NCBI GenBank assembly: GCA_051013385.1
Contig: CP143273.1
Span: 1,440,001 to 1,504,000, forward strand
Length of the DNA: 64,000 nucleotides
Origin: Phormidium sp.
GTDB taxonomy: Bacteria > Cyanobacteriota > Cyanobacteriia > Cyanobacteriales > Aerosakkonemataceae
Direction: 5' to 3'
The position numbers were made by a program, and so were the translations under genes. The notes below the pieces were generated by a model that was not told the DNA's origin, made no database searches, and was given only the letters and a program-made list of their open reading frames with translations. Of the stretch, positions 30,396 through 39,162 are shown in pieces. The stretch's first letter is position 1; each line of letters opens with the position of its first letter.

Positions 30396-31577
30396 CTAGA
30401 TTTTACCTTTGATAAAATCCTGACCTACATTTTCAATATCCTGTTTTGAGGTAATGTTTAAATGCGAGTATCTGCCTATTTCTTTACGAATATCTTCCTT
30501 TAAAATATTTATTTGCATTTCCGATTCATTCCCAGTTAGTCGAAACTGTGCAAGTCGCTCAAGCACAGTAGTAACTGATAAACCAACTACAATTACGTAG
30601 GCAGATCCTGCTAATCCAGATATTGTCTCTGTTGCCAAGAATGCTGGAGGAAAAACAGCTGCTACAGCATCTAAAACAAAAGTAGCGGTTAAAGTCAATA
30701 AACCTTGTAAATTTGTACCTATAATGCTCATTAGCGGATCAATTAAATCCTCATAACCGTACAACTCCATCAAGACTTTAAGAAGGCTATACTGAGAAGC
30801 TCCTGTTGTCGCTGCCGTAGTTCCAGGTAATGGTATAAATGCAGCACCAAAGCAAGCTAACGCAGCAACTTGTATATAGTTCCATGCTACTTTTCTTTTA
30901 CTTTTGATTATTATTTTTTGTGAGGCAATAACTGCAAGTTCATAAATATCTGGAAGCTCAGAAAGCGTTGTTTTCACCAAGTTTTCCAATCCAAATGGCT
31001 TACAAATAGGCATTCCTCCCTTAACCATAGGCTCAGCAGCTACTCTAATGATGTTGTATACCTGCTTAAATTTATAACTTTTAATGACATCCTCAATTTT
31101 TTCTATATCCGAATCTTGAGCAATATCACACTTCGATATAACAATAATTAGGGGAATACTAAGGCTACTAATTTTCTTAATAATTTCAGCATCGAATTCT
31201 AAAAACCTACCAGTAGCAGCATTAACAACATACCAAACAAGATGTATTTTATGTTCTATTTCATATCGATGACTCCGTTCAAGGAATTCTACAACGTTTG
31301 AGACAAATTGTGATTCTTTATTTGGTTCATAACCAGCTGAATCATAAAGTACTACAGGTGGTTTTCCTTCTGAACTAGAGGAATAGCGTTTGAAGCCATC
31401 TGTAATCGGGCTTCCTGCCCCTGCTTTTGCTTCATTAGCTCCAAAAACGCAGTTAACCAAAGTACTTTTACCAGATCCACACATTCCAATTAGTGCAATG
31501 TTAGGAACTTTAAGCCTTTCTATTGATTCTCTCAACTCTGTCTCAATTCGTTGCTCAAATTCCCTATAACCTTGCAT
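30396..31577 (-). CDS. P-loop GTPase (MMR_HSR1-like) with a hydrophobic DUF697-like C-terminus
   Basis: GMCGSGKS, DSAG, SKCD; GAAFIPLPG. Confidence 0.75.
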   Translation of the reverse strand: MQGYREFEQRIETELRESIERLKVPNIALIGMCGSGKSTLVNCVFGANEAKAGAGSPITDGFKRYSSSSEGKPPVVLYDSAGYEPNKESQFVSNVVEFLERSHRYEIEHKIHLVWYVVNAATGRFLEFDAEIIKKISSLSIPLIIVISKCDIAQDSDIEKIEDVIKSYKFKQVYNIIRVAAEPMVKGGMPICKPFGLENLVKTTLSELPDIYELAVIASQKIIIKSKRKVAWNYIQVAALACFGAAFIPLPGTTAATTGASQYSLLKVLMELYGYEDLIDPLMSIIGTNLQGLLTLTATFVLDAVAAVFPPAFLATETISGLAGSAYVIVVGLSVTTVLERLAQFRLTGNESEMQINILKEDIRKEIGRYSHLNITSKQDIENVGQDFIKGKI

Positions 31578-31740
31578 AAAATATCTACCTCTTAGCCTGT
31601 CAATCTTAACTATTAATCAGAACTTGTAGTTTATTATAACATTAAATCCTCCACGCCCTTAATTTTTTAAGCTAAAACTGTTCAATTTTGTCACCACTTT
31701 CTTCACCAATTTCACTCTCTTCAATTTAATTTTATACAAA

Positions 31741-31784
31741 AAAGTAGAAAATTGTATTAAACTGTGCTAAATGTACGCTATAAT
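31741..31784 (+). promoter_or_regulatory. Roughly 10-bp-phased repeats ending in a TATAAT -10 box
   Basis: AAAGTAGAAA ATTGTATTAA ACTGTGCTAA ATGTACGC TATAAT, 29 nt before the ATG. Confidence 0.45.
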
Positions 31785-31813
31785 ACACAAAATGCTCCCA
31801 TCTACCTACATCA

Positions 31814-33199
31814 ATGAATCTTAAAGAAATGTTAAACCTCGCGGATAAAATAGTCTTCGAGAAAACGGGTCAGCACCTTGATGATTTACAAGAGGCGGTA
31901 CTGCGAGGAACTATAGAACGGGAGACATATAAGCAAATAGCTACGGATTTTGACTGTTCGGAAAGTACTGTGAGGAAAGTGGGAGCAGAATTATGGGAAA
32001 TACTTTCAGAAGAATTAGGGGAAGATGTCAGTAAGTCGAATTTTCGATCGGCAATGGAGAGGTTACAAAACTCTAATGTTGTAAACTTTGCACAAGACGT
32101 TGTAGTGAGCAGTACTTTTAACGTTTGTGCGGGAAGTAGACACCCGCCAGATGTACCAAACTTACATACACCTAATCAAGAAACATCTAATACAAAACCA
32201 ACTAAAACATCGCATCACGATTTAAGCCAAATGCCAGATTTGGGTGTTTTCTACGATCGCACTTCCGAACTCACCACCCTCACAACCTGGATTTTACAAC
32301 AACGCTGTCGCCTAATCGCACTCACAGGTATCAGTGGAATCGGCAAAACTGCATTAGCAGCGCAACTCGTACAACAAATTAAAGACGAATTTGAGTATGT
32401 AATTTGGTGCAATCTAGATGAATCTCACACCCCAGACGAATTTCAACATAAACTAATCCAATTTTTCTCCCAGTCAGAAAACCTAAATTCACCTCCAACT
32501 AACCAAAAACCATTACCTCTAATTAAATATTTACAAAAATATCGCTGCTTAGTCATATTAGATGATATTCAAAATCTTTTCAGTAGCGGCGAATTGGCAG
32601 GAAAATATAAATCTGGATACGAAGAATATCGCAGTTTATTCAAACAGATAAAAACATTATCCCATCAAAGCTGCTTTCTGTTAATCGGTTGGGAACAACC
32701 AAGAGAATTTTCTCAAATCGAAAGCCAAAATATTCCCAGTTGTACTTTACAACTCACTGGTTTAGATATTGCTGCTGGATGGCAAATTCTCAAAGATAAA
32801 GGTTTAGCAGAAATCGATAACTACTCAGAACTGATTCACATCTATCAAGGCAATCCTTTATGGTTAAAAAGCGTGGCGACTCTGATTAAAGAGTTGGGAG
32901 GATGGGTGAGTGAGTTATTACAAGATGATCCTATTTTATTACCGGAAGATTTGAAAGATAATTTACAGCAAACTGTTAGCCGCTTATCTGATTGGGAAAA
33001 ACAAGTTCTTTGTTTGTTGGCGAGAGAAAGCGATGCAATTAATTTAGCAAAATTACTAGAAAATACCAAAATTCCTTCGTCAGATTTAGTGAATGTAGTG
33101 CAATCTTTGTTGCGGCGCTGTTTGATAGAACCACAAGAAAGTTTTTATACATTGCCATTGGTATTAAAGCAGTATATGATAACAAGAATGTATCGATAG
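31814..33199 (+). CDS. HTH (vWA-MoxR-associated type) plus NB-ARC STAND NTPase without C-terminal sensor repeats, paralog 1
   Basis: LDDLQEAVLRG..ETYKQIA; Walker A GISGIGKT; Walker B LVILDD; YQGNPLWL. Confidence 0.85.
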   Translation: MNLKEMLNLADKIVFEKTGQHLDDLQEAVLRGTIERETYKQIATDFDCSESTVRKVGAELWEILSEELGEDVSKSNFRSAMERLQNSNVVNFAQDVVVSSTFNVCAGSRHPPDVPNLHTPNQETSNTKPTKTSHHDLSQMPDLGVFYDRTSELTTLTTWILQQRCRLIALTGISGIGKTALAAQLVQQIKDEFEYVIWCNLDESHTPDEFQHKLIQFFSQSENLNSPPTNQKPLPLIKYLQKYRCLVILDDIQNLFSSGELAGKYKSGYEEYRSLFKQIKTLSHQSCFLLIGWEQPREFSQIESQNIPSCTLQLTGLDIAAGWQILKDKGLAEIDNYSELIHIYQGNPLWLKSVATLIKELGGWVSELLQDDPILLPEDLKDNLQQTVSRLSDWEKQVLCLLARESDAINLAKLLENTKIPSSDLVNVVQSLLRRCLIEPQESFYTLPLVLKQYMITRMYR

Positions 33200-33287
33200 T
33201 TCTTTCTAATTTAGTGGGCAATAAGCTGAGTTTACTTATCACTAAGTAGGTGTAAATAAATAAAGTGTTAATAGTTATCTTTGGATG

Positions 33288-33351
33288 GGGCGGGCAGGAT
33301 GCCCACCCCACAAGAGTCAGCTTTCTTGTGGGGTGGGCATCCTGCCCGCCC
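33288..33351. repeat. Perfect 28-bp-arm inverted repeat between convergent genes
   Basis: GGGCGGGCAGGATGCCCACCCCACAAGA, 8-nt loop, then its reverse complement. Confidence 0.85.
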
Positions 33352-33432
33352 TAGTTTTCACTTTATTTATATCTACCTACTTACAAGTACGAGAGAACTA
33401 GCTAATAAAATCTACTTTTGCGCGATCGTTGT

Positions 33433-34260
33433 CTATCCTTCAGCTACATTTTGTAATAACCAAAATCCACTATAAGTCATTCCCGAATCATCAGGTTGCA
33501 CTAATAAAAAATGAAGTCCCTTAGTTTCCTGTTTACGTTGTTCAAACATTTGTGCTGCTAGAGTAACTTCTCGATCGGCAAATGTGGCGACAACCCATCT
33601 ATCTACTAAACCAGCTTCTAAAATTAAGCCATCAGGCGCACCGGGAATATAATTCAACGCTACAGGTCGAGATTCCTGTATCCAACGTGCTAACCTTAAA
33701 GACTGTCTCCCACCATCAATAACTACTCCCGGAACTGGCAAAGTTGAAGCAATTCCTAAGTTAATTGGTAAGAGAAATTCTGGCATTTCTAAAATTGGCA
33801 TTGGTTGTCCAGCAAAACGGTCTTCTATATCACTCGCCATGAGAGTGGCAAAGCGCCATTTTTCTCCCCAAAGTTTTTCCGGTAAAGGAATTGGTGGCGG
33901 TTTTTCTAACGTTATTGGTTCAAAAGGTTCGCCACTTTGGGAATATTGCTGCGCCTTTAACCAGTTTTTTAAACTTTCTGTGCGGCGCGTTGCTTCAACT
34001 GCAATCCCTAATTTATCGGCAGCAGTTTGAATTAAACTGAGTGATTGGGGGCGAAATACTTGGATTTTTTCGGGTCGATTTTCCGGGGAAGTTATTACTT
34101 TTTGGAATTGGGCAACTAACCAATTAGCATTAGCTTCTGATTGGGGACAGAATGCTTGGTATTTCAAGTTATTTGTCGGGTTACAAATTAACAATTCCCA
34201 TAAAGTTTGTCCGGTGGAATCTTTCAGGGGACGACGATAAAAATCAACTTGCCAAAGCAT
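33433..34260 (-). CDS. Tab2/Atab2 (DUF1092) family RNA-binding protein
   Basis: WQVDFYRRP, WELLIC, GLHFLLVQPD..GFWLL. Confidence 0.88.
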   Translation of the reverse strand: MLWQVDFYRRPLKDSTGQTLWELLICNPTNNLKYQAFCPQSEANANWLVAQFQKVITSPENRPEKIQVFRPQSLSLIQTAADKLGIAVEATRRTESLKNWLKAQQYSQSGEPFEPITLEKPPPIPLPEKLWGEKWRFATLMASDIEDRFAGQPMPILEMPEFLLPINLGIASTLPVPGVVIDGGRQSLRLARWIQESRPVALNYIPGAPDGLILEAGLVDRWVVATFADREVTLAAQMFEQRKQETKGLHFLLVQPDDSGMTYSGFWLLQNVAEG

Positions 34261-34813
34261 AAGTTTAATTAGGATTTATTTTATTGAATTTCGCCTCGTC
34301 AGCCAATGGTTCTATTAACTGAGATTTGACTAGCTATTTCATGCAATTTACGATCATAGCATTCTTAGACGTAACTTTTTATTTTATGTGCGTCCCAGCC
34401 TTGCCCTGAGAAAATTACCACGCTCGCTCAAAATGGTGGGATTGTGCGCGATCGCTTTTGTACTTAATACTTTTTATCATACTTTTCCCAATTTATAATG
34501 GCTCTAAATTTAATGATTTTGAAGAAAATAGCACATTTTTTCCGATTTACCGAAGCGATCTGCTACAGATAGAAGTGTACTACAAGTCAAGTAATCGATT
34601 AGCATCGGTTAATAAGTGATTGGGAAGCACCCCTCGATGCTCAGTTTTCACAGAAAAACCAGTCGTTTTGATGCAGGAGGCTATTTTTACCCCAGAACTC
34701 CCTAAAGGTTCACCCATTGACAATAGTTAATTTCTAATTGTTCATGCTTGTCAACCCCTTCCCAATTTCTTAGCACCTTAGTAAACTTTTGTAATTTAGT
34801 TTAGTTCAATCCT

Positions 34814-36097
34814 ATGAATCCTGCCCTGACTCAATTTGGTAATCAAATGTCCCAGCTTACAGGCGTGCGGGCAATCATGAAAGATATTGCACAAACCCTA
34901 AAAGCTAATATAGGAGAGCAATTTATAAATCTAAGTCCCGGAAATCCGGTGATTCTACCGGAAATTGAGCAGCTATGGCGCAAATACACCGAAGAGTTGT
35001 TGAGTAGCTCTGATTATGGTGAGGTAGTTTGCCGCTACGGTCAATCTCAAGGTTATGAACCTTTAATTGATGCAATTGCTAATGAATTTAATCGTCACTA
35101 TGGGTTAAATTTAACTCATCAAAATATTTTGATTACTCCGGGCAGTCAAAGTATTTACTTTTATGCAGCTAATGCTTTTGGTGGTTATACTAAAAATGCT
35201 CAATTAAAGCAAATAGTTTTGCCCTTAAGCCCAGATTATACAGGTTATGGTGGTGTAACTTTAATCCCAGAAGCTTTAGTATCTTATAAACCAGAATTAG
35301 AGATTGACGCACCTGCACATCGGTTTAAATATCGCCCAGATTTCAGCCAGTTAGAGATTAATGAAACTACTGGTTGTGTATTATTTTCTCGTCCTTGTAA
35401 TCCGACAGGTAATGTTTTGAGTGAAGATGAGGTTGGGAAAATTGCGACTTTAGCAGAACCTTATAATGTTCCGGTATTAATTGACTCGGCCTATGGGCCG
35501 CCTTTTCCGGCTTTGAATTTTACCCCAATGTCTCCGGTATTTGGGGAAAATATTGTGCATTGTATGAGTTTATCGAAAGCGGGATTACCGGGAGAAAGAA
35601 TTGGGGTGGCTATAGGAGATGAAAAGATTATCCAAGTTTTGGAATCGTTCCAAACTAATATGTGTATTCATTCATCTCGCTATGGACAAGCAATTGCCGC
35701 AAAAGCGATCGCATCTGGTGAATTAGCAGAACTGGCGACAACAGTAGTTCGCCCTTACTATCAGAAAAAATTTGTCATAGTAGAAGCCACTCTTGATGAG
35801 TTAATGCCTCAAGATTTACCTTGGTTTTTACATAGAGGTGAAGGAGCAATTTTTGCTTGGTTATGGTTAGAAAACCTACCGATTACTGATTGGGAATTGT
35901 ACCAATTGTTGAAAAAAGTTGGTGTAATTGTCGTTCCTGGTAGTTCTTTCTTCCCCGGTTTAAGAGAAGAATGGGGACACAAAAACCAATGTATTCGCAT
36001 TAGTTTAACTGCAACTGATGGAGATATTGCCGAGGGAATGCGACGGTTAGCTAAAGTGGTAGCGGAAATTTATCAAAAGTCGGCAGTGGCGATTTAG
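34814..36097 (+). CDS. avtA: Valine--pyruvate transaminase
   Basis: SRPCNPTGN, DSAYG, SLSKAGLPGERIG. Confidence 0.88.
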   Translation: MNPALTQFGNQMSQLTGVRAIMKDIAQTLKANIGEQFINLSPGNPVILPEIEQLWRKYTEELLSSSDYGEVVCRYGQSQGYEPLIDAIANEFNRHYGLNLTHQNILITPGSQSIYFYAANAFGGYTKNAQLKQIVLPLSPDYTGYGGVTLIPEALVSYKPELEIDAPAHRFKYRPDFSQLEINETTGCVLFSRPCNPTGNVLSEDEVGKIATLAEPYNVPVLIDSAYGPPFPALNFTPMSPVFGENIVHCMSLSKAGLPGERIGVAIGDEKIIQVLESFQTNMCIHSSRYGQAIAAKAIASGELAELATTVVRPYYQKKFVIVEATLDELMPQDLPWFLHRGEGAIFAWLWLENLPITDWELYQLLKKVGVIVVPGSSFFPGLREEWGHKNQCIRISLTATDGDIAEGMRRLAKVVAEIYQKSAVAI

Positions 36098-36349
36098 TTA
36101 GTTTAGCAGTTTAGCCAGGGAATTAACTCTCTGGCTAATAGGGCGATCGCATTCTTAGAAAAAACTAAGAATGCGATCGCTTTTTGTTGATGTTGAGTTT
36201 CTTTCTTTTATACTTGATTTTTTCCAGCGGTTGCACCGCATTGTGGCAATTCGGCACTACAAACACTTAGTTAGGTTAATAATATCCTATTAGCGGCGAT
36301 TCACTGAGTTTGCTGTCAGGTAATTTGACTGATGTCTTTGGGTAAAATT

Positions 36350-36495
36350 GCGATCGCACTACAAAAAAGATCGTCAGAAAAAACAAAGTGCGTTCGCGTA
36401 GCGTGCCAAGATTGCGTATCGCTGTTTCATTTTAGGCGATCGCTGATCGGAAAAAAGAGAGTGCGATCGCGTAGCGTGCCAAGATTGCGTATCGC
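36350..36495. repeat. HIP1-built repeat, tandem partial units
   Basis: GCG(A/T)TCGCGTAGCGTGCCAAGATTGCGTATCGC occurs twice. Confidence 0.8.
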
Positions 36496-36589
36496 ATAGC
36501 CTATTCTCTTGCATAACCCTCTTTGTTTTGCTGCCTCTTCGCCATCTATTCAATCATCAGATGACAAACTAAGTTACAACAAATGAGAA

Positions 36590-36706
36590 ATGAGTGAAAA
36601 AACGAAGTTTCATTTAGATGAAAGTGTTGCTCCAGATATAGCAGTTGCGTTAATTAAGTATGGCCTAGATGTAACAACGGCAAAAACCTATCATTCTGCT
36701 TGTTAA
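36590..36706 (+). pseudogene. Truncated DUF5615/PIN-like toxin fragment
   Basis: MSEKTKFHLDESVAPDIAVALIKYGLDVTTAK..*; resembles the family N-terminus (FxLDE...GxDVTT) but is only 38 aa. Confidence 0.6.
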
Positions 36707-36740
36707 TCATCAGATTATAATAATAGAAATAGATCGGATT

Positions 36741-36986
36741 GTGAACGAGCAAAAAATGACACAAATTACCACGACAGAATTACCCCAAAACCTCCAGACT
36801 CTATTTATAGAGGTTGAACGTACCAGAACTCCTCTAACCGTCATCCATGAAGGAAAACCATTAGTGATTATCTATCCTGCCACCACCCAAGCTTCACGAC
36901 CCGCTTTTGGAGTGATGAAAAAAAGTGGCGAAATATTAGGAGATTTAATCGCTCCTTACGCTGAACCTTGGGAAGTTTTACAATGA
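36741..36986 (+). CDS. Phd/YefM-like antitoxin
   Basis: EVERTRTPLTVIHEGKPLVII; GEILGDLIAP; ATGA overlap with vapC. Confidence 0.8.
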   Translation: MNEQKMTQITTTELPQNLQTLFIEVERTRTPLTVIHEGKPLVIIYPATTQASRPAFGVMKKSGEILGDLIAPYAEPWEVLQ

Positions 36987-37372
36987 AACTTTTACTCGAT
37001 ACTCACATTTGGCTTTGGTATTTACTCGGCGACCAACGCCTTTCGCTGCAACTACAAAATGCGATCGTTGATTCTAATACTGAACTTTGGCTTAGTCCAA
37101 TTAGTATTTGGGAAACTCTCATTCTTGCAGAAAAAGGACGGCTATCTTTACAGCCCGATCCTATTACATGGGTTAACTTAGCTTTAAAAACTCTGGAAAC
37201 TCGTGAAGCCCAAATGAATTACGACATTGCTATTTTAAGTCGCCAAATTGCACTTCCCCATCAAGACCCTGCCGATCGATTTATTGTCGCTACAGCTGTT
37301 TACTATGGATTAATTTTAGCTACAGTTGATGTTAATATTACAGGCAATTCGGCAGTACAAACACTTAGTTAG
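36983..37372 (+). CDS. vapC: VapC/PIN-domain toxin
   Basis: MKLLLDTHIWLW, SIWE, HQDPADRFIVATA. Confidence 0.9.
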   Translation: MKLLLDTHIWLWYLLGDQRLSLQLQNAIVDSNTELWLSPISIWETLILAEKGRLSLQPDPITWVNLALKTLETREAQMNYDIAILSRQIALPHQDPADRFIVATAVYYGLILATVDVNITGNSAVQTLS

Positions 37373-37491
37373 GTTAATAATATCCTATTAGCTAGACAAC
37401 TTTAACGCCTACAAAAATTTGCATTGTAGATCGAATATTCTCTGCTACATTGCCACCCATCCAATCATCAAATTGGTAATGCTAGAAATTA

Positions 37492-37645
37492 GCGATCGCA
37501 CCTGAGAAAAATAAGAGTGCGATCGCGTAGCGTGCCAAGATTGCGTATCGCTTTTGCATTTTAGGCGATCGCTGATCTGAAAAAAGAGAGTGCGATCGCG
37601 TAGCGTGCCAAGATTGCGTATTGCTTTTTCATTTTAGGCGATCGC
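37492..37645. repeat. HIP1-built repeat, two tandem units of about 72 bp
   Basis: GTGCGATCGCGTAGCGTGCCAAGATTGCGTAT(C/T)GC..CATTTTAGGCGATCGC twice. Confidence 0.85.
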
Positions 37646-38010
37646 TAATCAGGTTTCATCCATCCCTTAATGATAGCTTTACCTATATTGACGTAGGGGT
37701 TATCTAAAAACTCCTCAATAGCAACCTCACTTCCAGCTTGTAGTGCGCTAAACGCACGACGTTTGAACTCAGGAGTTGTTTTATCATTCACATAAGAAAT
37801 TTTTTCTGCATCAGTAGCAGTCGGATTAGATTGCTCTAATTGTTTCAGAAGTTGCTGAATCTCTTTGGCTGCTTCAGCAAGATTTTGGCGCTCTTGTGAA
37901 TTGTATATCTTTTGCACATGCTTACTCTTAACTGAACCATCAACAGGCCCAACCACAATATTTCCTTGGTTATCTCTACCAATATGGAGATTCGGTGATT
38001 TTTCTTCCAT
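37645..38010 (-). CDS. Small protein: N-terminal G/N/V-rich motif plus a helical domain common at cyanobacterial C-termini
   Basis: DNQGNIVVGPVDGSV; QNLAEAAKEIQQLLKQLEQSNPT...EEFLDNPYV. Confidence 0.75.
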   Translation of the reverse strand: MEEKSPNLHIGRDNQGNIVVGPVDGSVKSKHVQKIYNSQERQNLAEAAKEIQQLLKQLEQSNPTATDAEKISYVNDKTTPEFKRRAFSALQAGSEVAIEEFLDNPYVNIGKAIIKGWMKPD

Positions 38011-38066
38011 TTAGCCCCCTGTAATTTAATTTGTTAAAAATGATATTTTTGTAACGGGTAAATTTA

Positions 38067-38564
38067 CTATTTAGTATAAACTTTACCGTAAATATCGCCA
38101 ACAACTATATTGCCTTTATTGTCACTTTCAACTGTTATATTAACGTACTGAAAATCTTGCGGATTTTCCATGAAATCTTTGAGAGTCCTAACTGCACGAT
38201 TAAGTAAATCGATGTTCTTTGTTGCAAATACAATTTCATGCCCGGAGTTCAAGTATAATGACAAACCATACACTTTTGGACGATTAAAGTTATAGACAAC
38301 TGCACCAACTACAAGCACCCAAAACATTAAACTCCAGCCGCCAAAGCCTGGTATATTACCTGACACAAATGCAATTATAAACAGAATGAATATAAGGTTA
38401 AAGGAGATGCCTTTCGTGTTAACCTCACCTACTGCAAACCCAGTTACATTACGGAATTGGTAGACATCATTCTGAAGTTTAACCGTATTCTTTGTAATTT
38501 CTAGAAAGCCTTGTTCTTCAATTGTTTGCTTGTCATTAGCTGCAAGCATTTGATTTAAAAGCAT
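38067..38564 (-). CDS. DUF6232-like two-TM membrane protein with a C-terminal G/N/V-rich motif
   Basis: GGAG RBS before ATG 38564; VYQFRNVT; two TM helices; YGLSLYLNSG; tail DNKGNIVVGDIYGKV. Confidence 0.7.
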   Translation of the reverse strand: MLLNQMLAANDKQTIEEQGFLEITKNTVKLQNDVYQFRNVTGFAVGEVNTKGISFNLIFILFIIAFVSGNIPGFGGWSLMFWVLVVGAVVYNFNRPKVYGLSLYLNSGHEIVFATKNIDLLNRAVRTLKDFMENPQDFQYVNITVESDNKGNIVVGDIYGKVYTK

Positions 38565-38639
38565 AGTTTTATCGCTCCAGTAAAACTGAAAATAGTACAA
38601 TATAATTTAGTGCGTCAGTTAATCCTCTACTCTAAATTT

Positions 38640-38897
38640 TCAAGGTTTTCTGTCAGATTTCACTAAGCCTGCAACCAATAAGCCTCCGCTAGCTCCAAAC
38701 GTTATGTATGGTAGAGTTTGAAGCAAATTTGCTGTTCCTGAATCAATTTTTGTTCCTGTTGCATTAAAAATGTTGTCGCCTGAAGTTACGATTATGCACT
38801 CCCCAAAGACGCACATCACCTTTTTGGAGTAGAGAAGGCTACCTACTCCTAAAGCAAAACAAATAGCTGCCATTATTAGTAACCCATTTTTGCTCAT
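38640..38897 (-). CDS. Small two-TM hypothetical protein (85 aa)
   Basis: Two hydrophobic segments; first gene of the divergent three-gene cargo. Confidence 0.6.
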   Translation of the reverse strand: MSKNGLLIMAAICFALGVGSLLYSKKVMCVFGECIIVTSGDNIFNATGTKIDSGTANLLQTLPYITFGASGGLLVAGLVKSDRKP

Positions 38898-39090
38898 TAG
38901 AATACTACCTTGCCATAATTAAGTTTTCAATTGATGTTATAAATTAATACTTTTGATAAAGTGTTTCCGAAGGTGAAAGCTAACTAAATCTTATTCCATC
39001 ATTCCTTAGAAATCAAAGCTTTGTCTAGCCCAAAAATGTACTATTTTGCTGACAATTTTACCCTGCCTTTCTATCTCTTCAAGCCAATTT

Positions 39091-39133
39091 TGTACGAAAA
39101 TGTGCGAAAATGTTGGCAGATGTGCGCTACAAT
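39091..39133 (+). promoter_or_regulatory. Four 10-bp-phased repeats running into a TACAAT -10 box
   Basis: TGTACGAAAA TGTGCGAAAA TGTTGGCAGA TGTGCGC TACAAT, 29 nt before ATG 39163. Confidence 0.5.
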
Positions 39134-39162
39134 ACCGAAAATGTTCCTATCTACCTACCCCG

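Larger units (their letters stand above)
36245..37392 (+). repeat. 50-bp direct repeat (36245-36294 and 37343-37392, one mismatch) matching the vapC 3' end
   Basis: GGCAATTCGGCA(C/G)TACAAACACTTAGTTAGGTTAATAATATCCTATTAGC. Confidence 0.9.

Noticed and set aside
34560..34760. Possible riboswitch or ncRNA in the avtA leader
   Set aside because: Some pairing is possible (AGCATCG/CGATGCT) but I could not match a known family; an Rfam/Infernal scan is needed.
36350..37645. HIP1-built repeats as a CRISPR array or integron attC sites
   Set aside because: No constant repeat with unique-spacer periodicity, no cas or integrase gene, and no clear attC R/L box structure.
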